Assembly: GCA_964016885.1 (NCBI GenBank)
Contig: OZ024760.1
Span: 29,884,001 to 29,948,000, forward strand
Reading direction: 5' to 3'
DNA from: Eledone cirrhosa
Taxonomy: Eukaryota
DNA: 64,000 bases
Shown here: one piece after another, positions 42,101 to 57,100 of the stretch
Layout: every line of letters starts with the position of its first letter
Numbering within the stretch: position 1 is the first letter of the stretch
Notes under the pieces: model-generated
What the model was told of the DNA's origin: nothing
Databases searched by the model: none
Seen by the model: only the letters and a program-made list of their open reading frames with translations
Translations under genes and position numbers: made by a program

Positions 42101-45100
42101 AGTGTAATGTAATGTAATGTAATGTAATGTAATGTAATGTAATGTTTAATGTAATGTAATGTAATGTAATTTTTAATGTAATGTAATGTAATGTGATGTA
42201 ATGTAATTTAATGTGTAATGTAATATAATGTAATGTAACGTAATGTAGTGTAATGTAATGAAATGTAATGTAATGTGTAATGTAATGTAATGTAATGTAA
42301 TATAATGTAATGTAACGTGTAATGTAATGTAATGTAATGTAATGTGTAATATAATGTAATTTAATGTAATGTAGTGTGTAATGTAATGTAAGGTAATGTG
42401 TAATGTGTAATGTAATGTAATGTAATGTAGTATGTAATGTAATGTAATGTAATGTAATGTAATGTAATGTAATGTAATGTAATGTAATGTGTAATGTAAT
42501 GTAATGTAATGTAATGTAATGTAATGTAATGTAATGTGTAATGTAATGTAATGTGTAATGTAATGAAATGTAATGTAATGTGTAATGTAATGTAATGTAA
42601 CGTGTAATGTAATGTAATGTAATGTAATGTAATGTGTAATGTAATGTAATGTAATGTAATGTAATGTAATGTGTAATGTAATGTAATGTAATGTAATATA
42701 ATGTAATGTAATGTAATGTGTAATGTAATGTAATGTAATGTAGTGTGTAATGTAATGTAATGTAATATAATGCAATGTAATGTAATGTGTAATGTAATGT
42801 AATGTAATGTAGTGTGTAATGTAATGTAATGTAATGTAATGTAATGTAATGTACTGTAATGTGTAATGTAATGTAATGTAATGTGTAATGTAATGTAATG
42901 TAATATAATGTAATGTAACGTGTAATGTAATGTAATGTAATGTAATGTGTAATGTAATGTAATGTAATGTAGTGTGTAATGTAATGTAATGTAATATAAT
43001 GTAATGTAACGTAATGTAATGTAATGTAATGTAATGTAATATAATATAATGCGTAATGTAATGTAATGTAATGTAATGTGTAATGTAATGTAATGTAATG
43101 TAATGTAACGTAATTTAATGTAATGTAATGTAATGTAATGTAATTTGTAATGCAATGTAATGTATTGTGTAAAGTAATGTAATGGAAAGTGTAATGTAAT
43201 GTAATGTAATGTAATGTCATGTAATGTGTAATGTAGTGTAATGTAATGTAATGTAATGTAATGTAATGTGTAATGTAATGTGTAACGTAATGTAATGTAA
43301 TGTAATGTAAAGTAATATATGTAATGTAATGTAATGTAATGTAATCTAATGTAATGTAATGTAATGTGTAATGTAATGTAATGTAACGTAATGTAATGTG
43401 TAATGTAATGTAATGTGTAATGTAATGTAATGTAATGTAATGTGTAATGTAATGTAATGTAATGTAATGTGTAATGTAATGTAATGTGTAATGTAATGTA
43501 ATGTAATATAATGTAATGTAATGTAATGTAATGTAACGTGTAATATAATGTAATGTAATGTAACGTGTAATGTAATGTAATGTAATGTAATGTAATGTAA
43601 TGTAATGTAATGTAATGTGTAAGGTAATGTAATGTAATGTAATGTAATGTAATGTGTAATGTGTAATGTAATGTAATGTAATGTGTAATGTAATGTAATG
43701 TAATATGTAATGTAATGTAGTGTGTAATGTAATGTAATGTAATGTAATGTAATGTGTAATGTAATGTAATATAATGTAGTGTGTAATGTAATGTAATGTA
43801 ATGTAATGTGTAATGTAATGTAATGTAATGTAATGTAATGTGTAATGTAATGTAACGTAATGTAATGTAATGTGTAATGTAATGTAATGTAATGTAATGT
43901 AATGTAACGTGTAATGTAATGTAATGTAATGTAATGTAATGTGTAATGTAATGTAATGTAATGTAGTGTGTAATGTAATGTAATGTGTAATGTAATGTAA
44001 TGAAATGTAATGTAATGTAATGTGTAATGTAATGTAATATAATGTAATGTGTAAGGTAATGTAATGTAATGTAATGTAATGTGTAATGTAATGTAATGTA
44101 ATGTGTAATGTAATGTAATGTGTAATGTAATGTAATGTAATGTAATTTGTAATGTACTGTAATCTAATGTAATGTAATGTAATGTAATGTAATGTGTAAT
44201 GTAATGTAATGCAATGGAATGTGTAATGTAATGTGTAACGTAATGTAATGTAATGTAATGTAATGTGTAATGTAATGAAATGTAATGTAATGTGTAATGT
44301 AATGTAATGTGATGTAATTTAATGTAATGTATTGTAATGTGTAATGTAATGTAATGTAATGTAATGTAATGAAATGTAATGTTTAATGTAATGTAATGTA
44401 ATGTAATGTAATGTAATGTAATGTAATGTATTGTAATGTAATGTAATGTAATGTGTAATGTAATGTAATATAATGTAATGTAATGTGTAATGTAATGTGT
44501 AATGTATTGTAATGTAATGTAATGTAATATAAGGTGTAATGTAATGTAATGTAATGTAATGTGTAATGTAACGTAATGTAATGTGTAATGTAATGTAATG
44601 TAATGTAATGTAATGTAATGTAATGTAATGTAATGTAACGTAATGTAATGTAATGTAATGTAATGTGTAATGTAATGTAATGTACTGTAATGTAATGTAA
44701 TGTGTAATGTAATTTAATGTAATGTAATGTAATGTAATGTAATGTAATGTAATGTAATGTGTAATGTAATGTAATGTAATGTATGATGCAATGTAATGTA
44801 ATGTAATGTAATGTAATGTAATGTAATGTAATGTAATGTAATGTAATGTAATGTAATGTAATGTAATGTGTAATGTAACGTAATGTAACGTAATGTAATG
44901 TAATGTGTAACGTAATTTAATGTAATGTAATGTAATGTAATGTAATGTAATTTGATGTAATGTAATGTACTGTAATGTAATGTAATGTAATGTAATATGT
45001 AATGTAATGTAATGTAATGTAATTTAATGTAATGTCTAACGTAATGTAATGTGTAAGGTAATGTAAAGTAATGTAACGTAATGTGTAATGTAACGTAATG

Positions 45101-48100
45101 TAATGTATTGTGTCATGTAGTGTAATGTAATGTAATGTAATATGTAATGTAATGTAATGTGTAATGTAATGTAATGTAATGTAATGTAATGTAATGTAAT
45201 GTAATGTGTAATGTAATGTAATGTGTAATGTAATGTAATGTAATGTGTTATAATGTAATGTAATGTAATGTAACGTAATGTAATGTAATGTGTAATGTGT
45301 AATGTAATGTAATGTAATGTAATGTGTAATGTAATGTAATGTAATGCAATGTAATGTAATGTGTAATGTAATGTAATGTAACGTGTAATGTAATGTAATG
45401 TAATGTAATGTAATGTGTAGTGTAATGTAATGTATAATGTAATGTAATGTAATGTAATGTGTAATGTAATGTAATGTAATGTAATGTAATGTAATGTGTA
45501 GTGTAATGTAATGTAATGTTTAATGTAATGTAACGTAATGTGTAATGTAATGTAATGTAATGTAATGTAATGTGTAATGTAATGTAATATAATGTAATGT
45601 AATGTGTAATGTAATGTGTAATGTATTGTAATGTAATGTGTAATGTAATGTAATGTAATGTAATGTAATGTAATGTAATGTAATGTAATGTAATGTAATG
45701 TAATGTAATGTAATGTAATGTAATGTAATGTGTAATGTAATGTAATGTAATGTAATGTGTAATGTAATGTAATGTAATATAATGGAATGTTTAATGTAAA
45801 GTAATGTAATGTAATGTGTAATGTAATGTGTAATGTAATCTAATGTAATGTAATGTGTGATGTAATGTAATGTAATGTTAAGTAATGTAATGTAATGTAA
45901 TGTAATGTAATGTAGTGTAATGTGTAATGTGTAATGTAATGTAATGTAATGTAATGTAATGTAATGTGTAATGTAATGTAATGTAATGTAATGTAATGTG
46001 TAATGTAAGGTAATGTAATGTAATGTAATGTAATGTAATGTAATGTAATGTAATGTGTGATGTAATGTAATGTAATTTAATGTAATGTAATGTGTAATGT
46101 AATGTAATGTAAGGTAATGTAACGTGTGATATAATGTAATGTAATGTAATGTAATGTAATGTAATGTGTAATGTAATGTAATGTTTAATGTAATGTAATG
46201 TAATGTAATGTAATGTGTAATGTAATGTAATGTAATGTAATGTAATGTAATGTAATGAAATGTAATGTAATGTAATGTTAAATGTAATGTAATGTTAAAT
46301 GTAATGTAATGTAATGTAATGTAATGTGTAATATAATGTAATGTAGTGTAATATAATGTAATGTGTAATGTAATGTAATGTAATGTAATGTAATGTAATG
46401 TAATGCAATGTGTAATGTAATGTAATGTAATGTAATGTAATGTAATGTAATGTAATGTGTAATGTAATGTAATGTAATGTGCAATGTAATGTGTAATGTA
46501 CTGTAATGTGTAATGTAATGTAATGTAATGTAATGTAATGTAATGTAATGTGTAATGTAATGTAATGTAATCTAAGGTTTAATGTAATGTAATGTAACGT
46601 AATTTTTAATGTAATGTAATGTAATGTAATGTAATGTGTAATGTAATGTAATGTAATGTAGTGTAATGTAATTTAATGAAATGTAATGTAATGTGTAATG
46701 TAATGTAATGTAATTTAATGTAATGTAATGTAATGTAATGTAATGTAATGTAATGTAATGTAATGTAATGTAATGTAATGTAATGTAATGTAATGTAATG
46801 TAATGTAATGTAATGTAATGTAATGTAATGTAATTTAATGAAATGTAATGTAATGTAATGTAATGTAATGTGTAATGTAATGTAATGTAATGTAATGTAA
46901 TGTGTAATGTAATGTAATGTAATGTAATGTAATGTAATGTAATGTGTAATGTAATGTAATGTAATGTAATGTAATGTTTAATGTAATGTAATGTAATGTA
47001 ATGTAATGTAATGTAATGTAATGTAATGTTATGTTTAATGTAATGTAATGTAATGTTATGTTTAATGTAATGTAATGTAATATAATGTAATTTTTAATGT
47101 AATGTAATGTAATGTAATGTAATGTAATGTAATGTAATGTAATGTAATGTAATGTAATGTAATGTTTAATGTAATATAATGTAATGTAATGAAATGTAAT
47201 GTAACGTGTAATGTAATGTAATGTAATGTAATATGTAATGTAATGTAATGTAAAGTAATGTAATGTAATGTAATGTAATGTAATGTAATGTGTAATGTAA
47301 TGAAATGTAATGTAATGTGTAATGTAATGTAATGTAATGTAATGTAATGTATTGTAAAGGGTAATGTAATGTAATGTAATGTAATGTAATGAAATGTAAT
47401 GTTTAATGTCATGTAATGTAATGAAATGTAATGTAATGTAATGTAATGTAATGTAATGTAATGTAATGTAATGTAATGTAATGTGTAATGTAATGTAATA
47501 TAATGTAATGTAATGTGTAATGTAATGTGTAACGTATTGTAATGTAATGTAATGTAATATAAGGTGTAATGTAAAGTAATGTAATGTAATGTGTAATGTA
47601 ATGTAATGTAATGTGTAATGTAATGTAATGTAATGTAATGTAATGTAATGTAATGTGTAATGTAATGTAATGTAATGTAATGTAACGTAATGTAATGTAA
47701 TGTAATGTAATGTAATGTGTAATGTAATGTAATGTACTGTAATGTAATGTAATGTGTAATGTAATTTAATGTAATGTAATGTAATGTAATGTAATGTAAT
47801 GTAATGTGTAATGTAATGTAATGTAATGTATGATGCAATGTAATGTAATGTAATGTAATGTAATGTAATGTAATGTGTAATGTAATGTAATGTAATGTAA
47901 TGTAAGGTAATGTAATGTGTAATGTAACGTAATGTAACGTAATGTAATGTAATGTGTAACGTAATTTAATGTAATGTAATGTAATGTAATGTAATTTGAT
48001 GTAATGTAATGTACTGTAATGTAATGTAATGTAATATGTAATGTAATGTAATGTAATGTAATTTAATGTAATGTCTAACGTAATGTAATGTGTAAGGTAA

Positions 48101-51100
48101 TGTAAAGTAATGTAATGTAATGTGTAATGTAACGTAATGTAATGTATTGTGTCATGTAGTGTAATGTAATGTAATGTAATATGTAATGTAATGTAATGTG
48201 TAATGTAATGTAATGTAATGTAATGTAATGTAATGTAATGTAATGTGTAATGTAATGTAATGTGTAATGTAATGTAATGTAATGTAATATAATGTAATGT
48301 AATGTAATGTAACGTAATGTAATGTAATGTGTAATGTGTAATGTAATGTAATGTAATGTAATGTGTAATGTAATGTAATGTAATGCAATGTAATGTAATG
48401 TGTAATGTAATGTAATGTAACGTGTAATGTAATGCAATGTAATGTAATGTAATGTAATGAATGTATAATGTAATGTAATGTAATGTAATGTGTAATGTAA
48501 TGTAATGTAATGTAATGTAATGTGTAGTGTAATGTAATGTAATGTTTAATGTAATGTAACGTAATGTGTAATGTAATGTAATGTAATGTAATGTAATGTA
48601 ATGTAATGTAATGTAATGTAATGGGTAATGTAATGTAATATAATGTAATGTAATGTGTAATGTAATGTGTAATGTATTGTAATGTAATATAAGGTGTAAT
48701 GTAATGTAATGTAATGTAATGTGTAATGTAATGTAATGTAATGTGTAATGTAGTGTAATGTAATGTAATGTAATGTAATGTAATGTAATGTAATGTGTAA
48801 TGTAATGTAATGTAATGTAATGTGTAATGTAATGTAATGTAATATAATGGAATGTTTAATGTAAAGTAATGTAATGTAATGTGTAAAGTAATGTAACGTG
48901 TAATGTAATCTAATGTAATGTAATGTGTGATGTAATGTAATGTAATGTTAAGTAATGTAATGTAATGTAATGTAATGTAGTGTAATGTGTAATGTGTAAT
49001 GTAATGTAATGTAATGTAATGTAATGTGTAATGTAAGGTAATGTAATGTAATGTAATGTAATGTAATATAATATAATGCGTAATGTAATGTAATGTAATG
49101 TGTAATGTAATGTAATGTAATGTAATGTAACGTAATTTAATGTAATGTAATGTAATGTAATGTAATTTGTAATGTAATGTAATGTAATGTGTAAAGTAAT
49201 GTAATGGAAAGTGTAATGTAATGTAATGTAATGTAATGTCATGTAATGTGTAATGTAGTGTAATGTAATGTAATGTAATGTAATGTGTAATGTAATGTGT
49301 AACGTAATGTAATGTAATGTAATGTAAAGTAATATATGTAATGTAATGTAATGTAATGTAATCTAATGTAATGTAATGTAATGTGTAATGTAATGTAATG
49401 TAACGTAATGTAATGTGTAATGTAATGTAATGTGTAATGTAATGTAATGTAATGTAATGTGTAATGTAATGTAATGTAATGTAATGTGTAATGTAATGTA
49501 ATGTGTAATGTAATGTAATGTAATATAATGTAATGTAACGTAATGTAATGTAATGTAATGTAATGTAATATAATATAATGCGTAATGTAATGGAATGTAA
49601 TGTAATGTGTAATGTAATGTAATGTAATGTAATGTAACGTAGTTTAATGTAATGTAATGTAATGTAATGTAATTTGTAATGTAATGTAATGTAATGTGTA
49701 AAGTAATGTAATGGAAAGTGTAATGTAATGTAAAGTAATGTAATGTCATGTAATGTGTAATGTAGTGTAATGTAATGTAATGTAATGTAATGTAAAGTAA
49801 TATATGTAATGTAATGTAATCTAATGTAATGTAATGTAATGTGTAATGTAATGTAATGTAAAGTAATGTAATGTGTAATGTAATGTAATGTGTAATGTAA
49901 TGTAATGTAATGTAATGTGTAATGTAATGTAATGTAATGTAATGTGTAATGTAATGTAATGTGTAATGTAATGTAATGTAATATAATGTAATGTAATGTA
50001 ATGTAACGTGTAATATAATGTAATGTAATGTAATGTAATGTGTAATGTGTAATGTAATGTAATGTAATGTAATGTGTAATGTAATGTAATGTAATATGTA
50101 ATGTAATGTAGTGTGTAATGTAATGTAATGTAATGTAATGTAATGTAATGTAATGTAATGTAATGTGTAATCTAATGTAATATAATGTAGTGTGTAATGT
50201 AATGTAATATAATGTAATGTGTAATGTAATGTAATGTAATGTAATGTAATGTGTAATGTAATGTAACGTAATGTAATGTAATGTGTAATGTAATGTAATG
50301 TAATGTAATGTAATGTAACGTGTAATGTAATGTAATGTAATGTAATGTAATGTGTAATGTAATGTAATGTAATGTAGTGTGTAATGTAATGTAATGTGTA
50401 ATGTAATGTAATGAAATGTAATGTAATGTAATGTGTAATGTAATGTAATATAATGTAATGTGTAAGGTAATGTAATGTAATGTAATGTAATGTGTAATGT
50501 AATGTAATGTAATGTAATGTGTAATGTAATGTAATGTGTAATGTAATGTAATGTAATGTAATTTGTAATGTACAGTAATCTAATGTAATGTAATGTAATG
50601 TAATGTAATGTGTAATGTAATGTAATGTAATGGAATGTGTAATGTAATGTGTAATGTAATGTAATGTAATGTAATGTAATGTGTAATGTAATGAAATGTA
50701 ATGTAATGTGTAATGTAATGTAATGTAATGTAATTTAATGTAATGTATTGTAATGTGTAATGTAATGTAATGTAATGTAATGTAATGTAATGTAATATAA
50801 TGTAATGTGTAATGTAATGTAATGTAATGTGTAATGTAATGTAATGTAATGTAATGTAATGTAATGTGTATGTAATGTAATGTAATGTAATGTAACGTAA
50901 TGTAATGTAATGTAATGTAATGTGTAATGTAATGTGATGTACTGTAATGTAATGTAATGTGTAATGTAATTTAATGTAATGTAATGTAATATAATGTAAT
51001 GTAATGTGTAATGTAATGTAATGTAATGTATGATGCAATGTAATGTAATGTAATGTAATGTAATGTAATGTAATGTAATGTAATGTGTAATGTAATGTAA

Positions 51101-54100
51101 TGTAATGTAATGTAATGTAATGTGTAATGTAACGTAATGTAACGTAATGTAATGTAATGTGTAACGTAATTTAATGTAATGTAATGTAATGTAATGTAAT
51201 GTAATTTGATGTAATGTAATGTACTGTAATGTAATGTAATGTAATGTAATATGTAATGTAATGTAATGTAATTTAATGTAATGTCTAACGTAATGTAATG
51301 TGTAAGGTAATGTAAAGTAATGTAACGTAATGTGTAATGTAACGTAATGTAATGTATTGTGTCATGTAGTGTAATGTAATGTAATGTAATATGTAATGTA
51401 ATGTAATGTAATGTGTAATGTAATGTAATGTAATGTAATGTAATGTAATGTAATGTAATGTAATGTGTAATGTAATGTAATGTGTAATGTAATGTAATGT
51501 AATGTGTTATAATGTAATGTAATGTAATGTAATGTAACGTAATGTAATGTAATGTGTAATGTGTAATGTAATGTAATGTAATGTGTAATGTAATGTAATG
51601 TAATGCAATGTAATGTAATGTGTAATGTAATGTAATGTAACGTGTAATGTAATGTAATGTAATGTAATGTAATGTAATGAATGTATAATGTAATGTAATG
51701 TAATGTAATGTGTAATGTAATGTAATGTAATGTAATGTAATGTGTAGTGTAATGTAATGTAATGTTTAATGTAATGTAACGTAATGTGTAATGTAATGTA
51801 ATGTAATGTAATGTAATGTAATGTAATGTGTAATGTAATGTAATATAATGTAATGTAATGTGTAATGTAATGTGTAATGTATTGTAATGTAATGTAATGT
51901 AATATAAGGTGTAATGTAATGTAATGTAATGTAATGTGTAATGTAATGTAATGTAATGTAATGTAATGTAATGTAATGTAATGTGTAATGTAATGTAATG
52001 TAATGTGTAATGTAATGTAATGTAATATAATGGAATGTTTAATGTAAAGTAATGTAATGTAATGTGTAATGTAATGTGTAATGTAATCTAATGTAATGTA
52101 ATGTGTGATGTAATGTAATGTAATGTTAAGTAATGTAATGTAATGTAATGTAATGTAGTGTAATGTGTAATGTGTAATGTAATGTAATGTAATGTAATGT
52201 GTAATGTAATGTAATGTAATGTAATGTAATGTAATGTGTAATGTAAGGTAATTTAATGTAATGTAATGTAATGTAATGTAATGTGTGATGTAATGTAATG
52301 TAATTTAATGTAATGTAATGTGTAATGTAATGTAATGTAAGGTAATGTAACGTGTGATATAATGTAATGTAATGTAATGTAATGTAATGTAATGTGTAAT
52401 GTAATGTAATGTTTAATGTAATGTAATGTAATGTAATGTAATGTGTAATGTAATGTAATGTAATGTAATGTAATGTAATGTAATGAAATGTAATGTAATG
52501 TAATGTTAAATGTAATGTAATGTTAAATGTAATGTAATGTAATGTAATGTAATGTAATGTGTAATATAATGTAATGTAATGTAATATAATGTAATGTGTA
52601 ATGTAATGTAATGTAATGTAACGTAATGTAATGTAATGTAATGCAATGTGTAATGTAATGTAATGTAATGTAATGTAATGTAATGTGTAAAGTAATGTAA
52701 TGTAATGTGCAATGTAATGTGTAATGTACTGTAATGTGTAATGTAATGTAATGTAATGTAATGTAATGTAATGTAATGTGTAATGTAATGTAATGTAATG
52801 TAATCTAAGGTTTAATGTAATGTAATGTAACGTAACTTTTAATGTAATGTAATGTAATGTAATGTAATGTGTAATGTAATGTAATGTAATGTAATGTAGT
52901 GTAATGTAATTTAATGAAATGTAATGTAACGTGTAATGTAATGTAATGTAATTTAATGTAATGTAATGTAATGTAATGTAATGTAATGTAATGTAATGTA
53001 ATGTAATGTAATGTAATGTAATGTAATGTAATGTAATGTAATTTAATGTAATGTAATGTAATGTAATGTAATGCGTAATGAAATGTAATGTAATGTAATG
53101 TAATATAATGTGTAATGTAATGTAATGTAATGTAATGTAATGTGTAATGTAATGTAATGTAATGTAATGTAATGTAATGTGTAATGTAATGTAATGTAAT
53201 GTAATATAATGTTTAATGTAATGTAATGTAATGTAATGTAATGTAATGTAATGTAATGTAATGTAATGTTATGTTTAATGTAATGTAATGAAATATAATG
53301 TAATTTTTAATGTAATGTAATGTAATGTAATGTAATGTAATGTAATGTAATGTAATGTTTAATGTAATATAATGTAATGTAATGAAATGTAATGTAACGT
53401 GTAATGTAATGTAATGTAATGTAATATGTAATGTAATGTAATGTAAAGTAATGTAATGTAATGTAATGTAATGTAATGTAATGTAATGTGTAATGTAATG
53501 AAATGTAATGTAATGTGTAATGTAATGTAATGTAATGTAATGTAATGTATTGTAAAGGGTAATGTAATATAATGTAATGTAATGTAATGAAATGTAATGT
53601 TTAATGTCATGTAATGTAATGTAATGTAATGTAATGTAATGTAATGTAATGTAATGTAATGTAATGTAATGTAATGTAATGTAATGTGTAATGTAATGTA
53701 ATATAATGTAATGTAATGTGTAATGTAATGTGTAACGTATTGTAATGTAATGTAATGTAATATAAGGTGTAATGTAATGTAATGTAATGTAATGTGTAAT
53801 GTAATGTAATGTAATGTGTAATGTAATGTAATGTAATGTAATGTAATGTAATGTGTAATGTAATGTAATGTAATGTTATGTAACGTAATGTAATGTAATG
53901 TAATGTAATGTGTAATGCAATGTACTGTAATGTAATGTAATGTGTAATGTAATTTAATGTAATGTAATGTAATGTAATTTAATGTAATGTAATGTGTAAT
54001 GTAATGTAATGTAATCTATGATGCAATGTAATGTAATGTAATGTAATGTAATGTAATGTAATGTAATGTAATGTGTAATGTAACGTAATGTAACGTAATG

Positions 54101-57100
54101 TAATGTAATGTGTAACGTAATTTAATGTAATGTAATGTAATGTAATGTAATTTGATGTAATGTAATGTACTGTAATGTAATGTAATGTAATGTAATGTAA
54201 TGTAATATGTAATGTAATGTAATGTAATGTAATGTAATATGTAATGTAATGTAATGTAATGTAATTTAATGTAATGTCTAACGTAATATAATGTGTAAGG
54301 TAATGTAAAGTAATGTAATGTAATGTGTAATGTAACGTAATGTAATGTATTGTGTCATGTAGTGTAATGTAATGTAATGTAATATGTAATGTAATGTAAT
54401 GTGTAATGTAATGTAATGTAATGTAATGTAATGTGTAATGTAATGTAATGTGTAATGTAATGTAATGTAATGTAATATAATGTAATGTAATGTAATGTAA
54501 CGTAATGTAATGTAATGTGTAATGTGTAATGCAATGTAATGTAACGTGTAATGTAATGTAATGTAATGTAATGTAATGTAATGAATGTATAATGTAATGT
54601 AATGTAATGTAATGTGTAATGTAATGTAATGTAATGTAATGTAATGTAATGTGTAGTGTAATGTAATGTAATGTTTAATGTAATGTAACGTAATGTGTAA
54701 TGTAATGTAATGTAATGTAATGTAATGTAATGTAATGTAATGTAATGGGTAATGTAATGTAATATAATGTAATGTAATGTGTAATGTAATGTGTAATGTA
54801 TTGTAATGCAATATAAGGTGTAATGTAATGTAATGTAATGTAATGTGTAATGTAATGTAATGTAATGTAATGTAATGTGTAATGTAATGTAATGTAATGT
54901 AATGTAATGTAATGTAATGTAATGTAATGTAATGTAATGTGTAAGGTAATGTAAAGTAATGTAACGTAATGGGTAATGTAACGTAATGTAATGTATTGTG
55001 TCATGTAGTGTAATGTAATGTAATGTAATATGTAATGTAATGTAATGTAATGTGTAATGTAATGTAATGTAATGTAATGTAATGTAATGTAATGTGTAAT
55101 GTAATGTAATGTGTAATGTAATGTAATGTAATGTGTTATAATGTAATGTAATGTAATGTAATGTAACGTAATGTAATGTAATGTGTAATGTGTAATGTAA
55201 TGTAATGTAATGTAATGTGTAATGTAATGTAATGTAATGCAATGTAATGTAATGTGTAATGTAATGTAATGTAACGTGTAATGTAATGTAATGTAATGTA
55301 ATGTAATGTAATGAATGTATAATGTAATGTAATGTAATGTAATGTGTAATGTAATGTAATGTAATGTAATGTAATGTGTAGTGTAATGTAATGTAATGTT
55401 TAATGTAATGTAACGTAATGTGTAATGTAATGTAATGTAATGTAATGTAATGTAATGTAATGTAATGTAATGTAATGTGTAATGTAATGTAATATAATGT
55501 AATGTAATGTGTAATGTAATGTGTAATGTATTGTAATGTAATGTAATGTAATATAAGGTGTAATGTAATGTAATGTAATGTAATGTGTAATGTAATGTAA
55601 TGTAATGTAATGTAATGTAATGTAATGTGTAATGTAATGTAATGTAATGTAATGTGTAATGTAATGTAATGTAATATAATGGAATGTTTAATGTAAAGTA
55701 ATGTAATGTAATGTGTAATGTAATGTGTAATGTAATCTAATGTAATGTAATGTGTGATGTAATGTAATGTAATGTTAAGTAATGTAATGTAATGTAATGT
55801 AATGTAGTGTAATGTGTAATGTGTAATGTAATGTAATGTAATGTAATGTAATGTGTAATGTAATGTAATGTAATGTAATGTAATGTGTAATGTAAGGTAA
55901 TGTAATGTAATGTAATGTAATGTAATGTGTGATGTAATGTAATGTAATTTAATGTAATGTAATGTGTAATGTAATGTAATGTAAGGTAATGTAACGTGTG
56001 ATATAATGTAATGTAATGTAATGTAATGTAATGTAATGTGTAATGTAATGTAATGTTTAATGTAATGTAATGTAATGTAATGTAATGTGTAATGTAATGT
56101 AATGTAATGTAATGTAATGTAATGTAATGAAATGTAATGTAATGTAATGTTAAATGTAATGTAATGTTAAATGTAATGTAATGTAATGTAATGTAATGTA
56201 ATGTGTAATATAATGTAATGTAATGTAATATAATGTAATGTGTAATGTAATGTAATGTAATGTAACGTAATGTAATGTAATGTAATGCAATGTGTAATGT
56301 AATGTAATGTAATGTAATGTAATGTAATGTGTAAAGTAATGTAATGTAATGTGCAATGTAATGTGTAATGTACTGTAATGTGTAATGTAATGTAATGTAA
56401 TGTAATGTAATGTAATGTAATGTGTAATGTAATGTAATGTAATGTAATCTAAGGTTTAATGTAATGTAATGTAACGTAATTTTTAATGTAATGTAATGTA
56501 ATGTAATGTAATGTGTAATGTAATGTAATGTAATGTAATGTAGTGTAATGTAATTTAATGAAATGTAATGTAACGTGTAATGTAATGTAATGTAATTTAA
56601 TGTAATGTAATGTAATGTAATGTAATGTAATATAATGTAATGTAATGTAATGTAATGTAATGTAATGTAATGTAATTTAATGTAATGTAATGTAATGTAA
56701 TGTAATGCGTAATGAAATGTAATGTAATGTAATGTAATGTAATGTGTAATGTAATGTAATGTAATGTAATGTAATGTGTAATGTAATGTAATGTAATGTA
56801 ATGTAATGTAATGTGTAATGTAATGTAATGTAATGTAATATAATGTTTAATGTAATGTAATGTAATGTAATGTAATGTAATGTAATGTAATGTAATGTAA
56901 TGTTATGTTTAATGTAATGTAATGAAATATAATGTAATTTTTAATGTAATGTAATGTAATGTAATGTAATGTTTAATGTAATATAATGTAATGTAATGAA
57001 ATGTAATGTAACGTGTAATGTAATGTAATGTAATGTAATATGTAATGTAATGTAATGTAAAGTAATGTAATGTAATGTAATGTAATGTAATGTAATGTGT

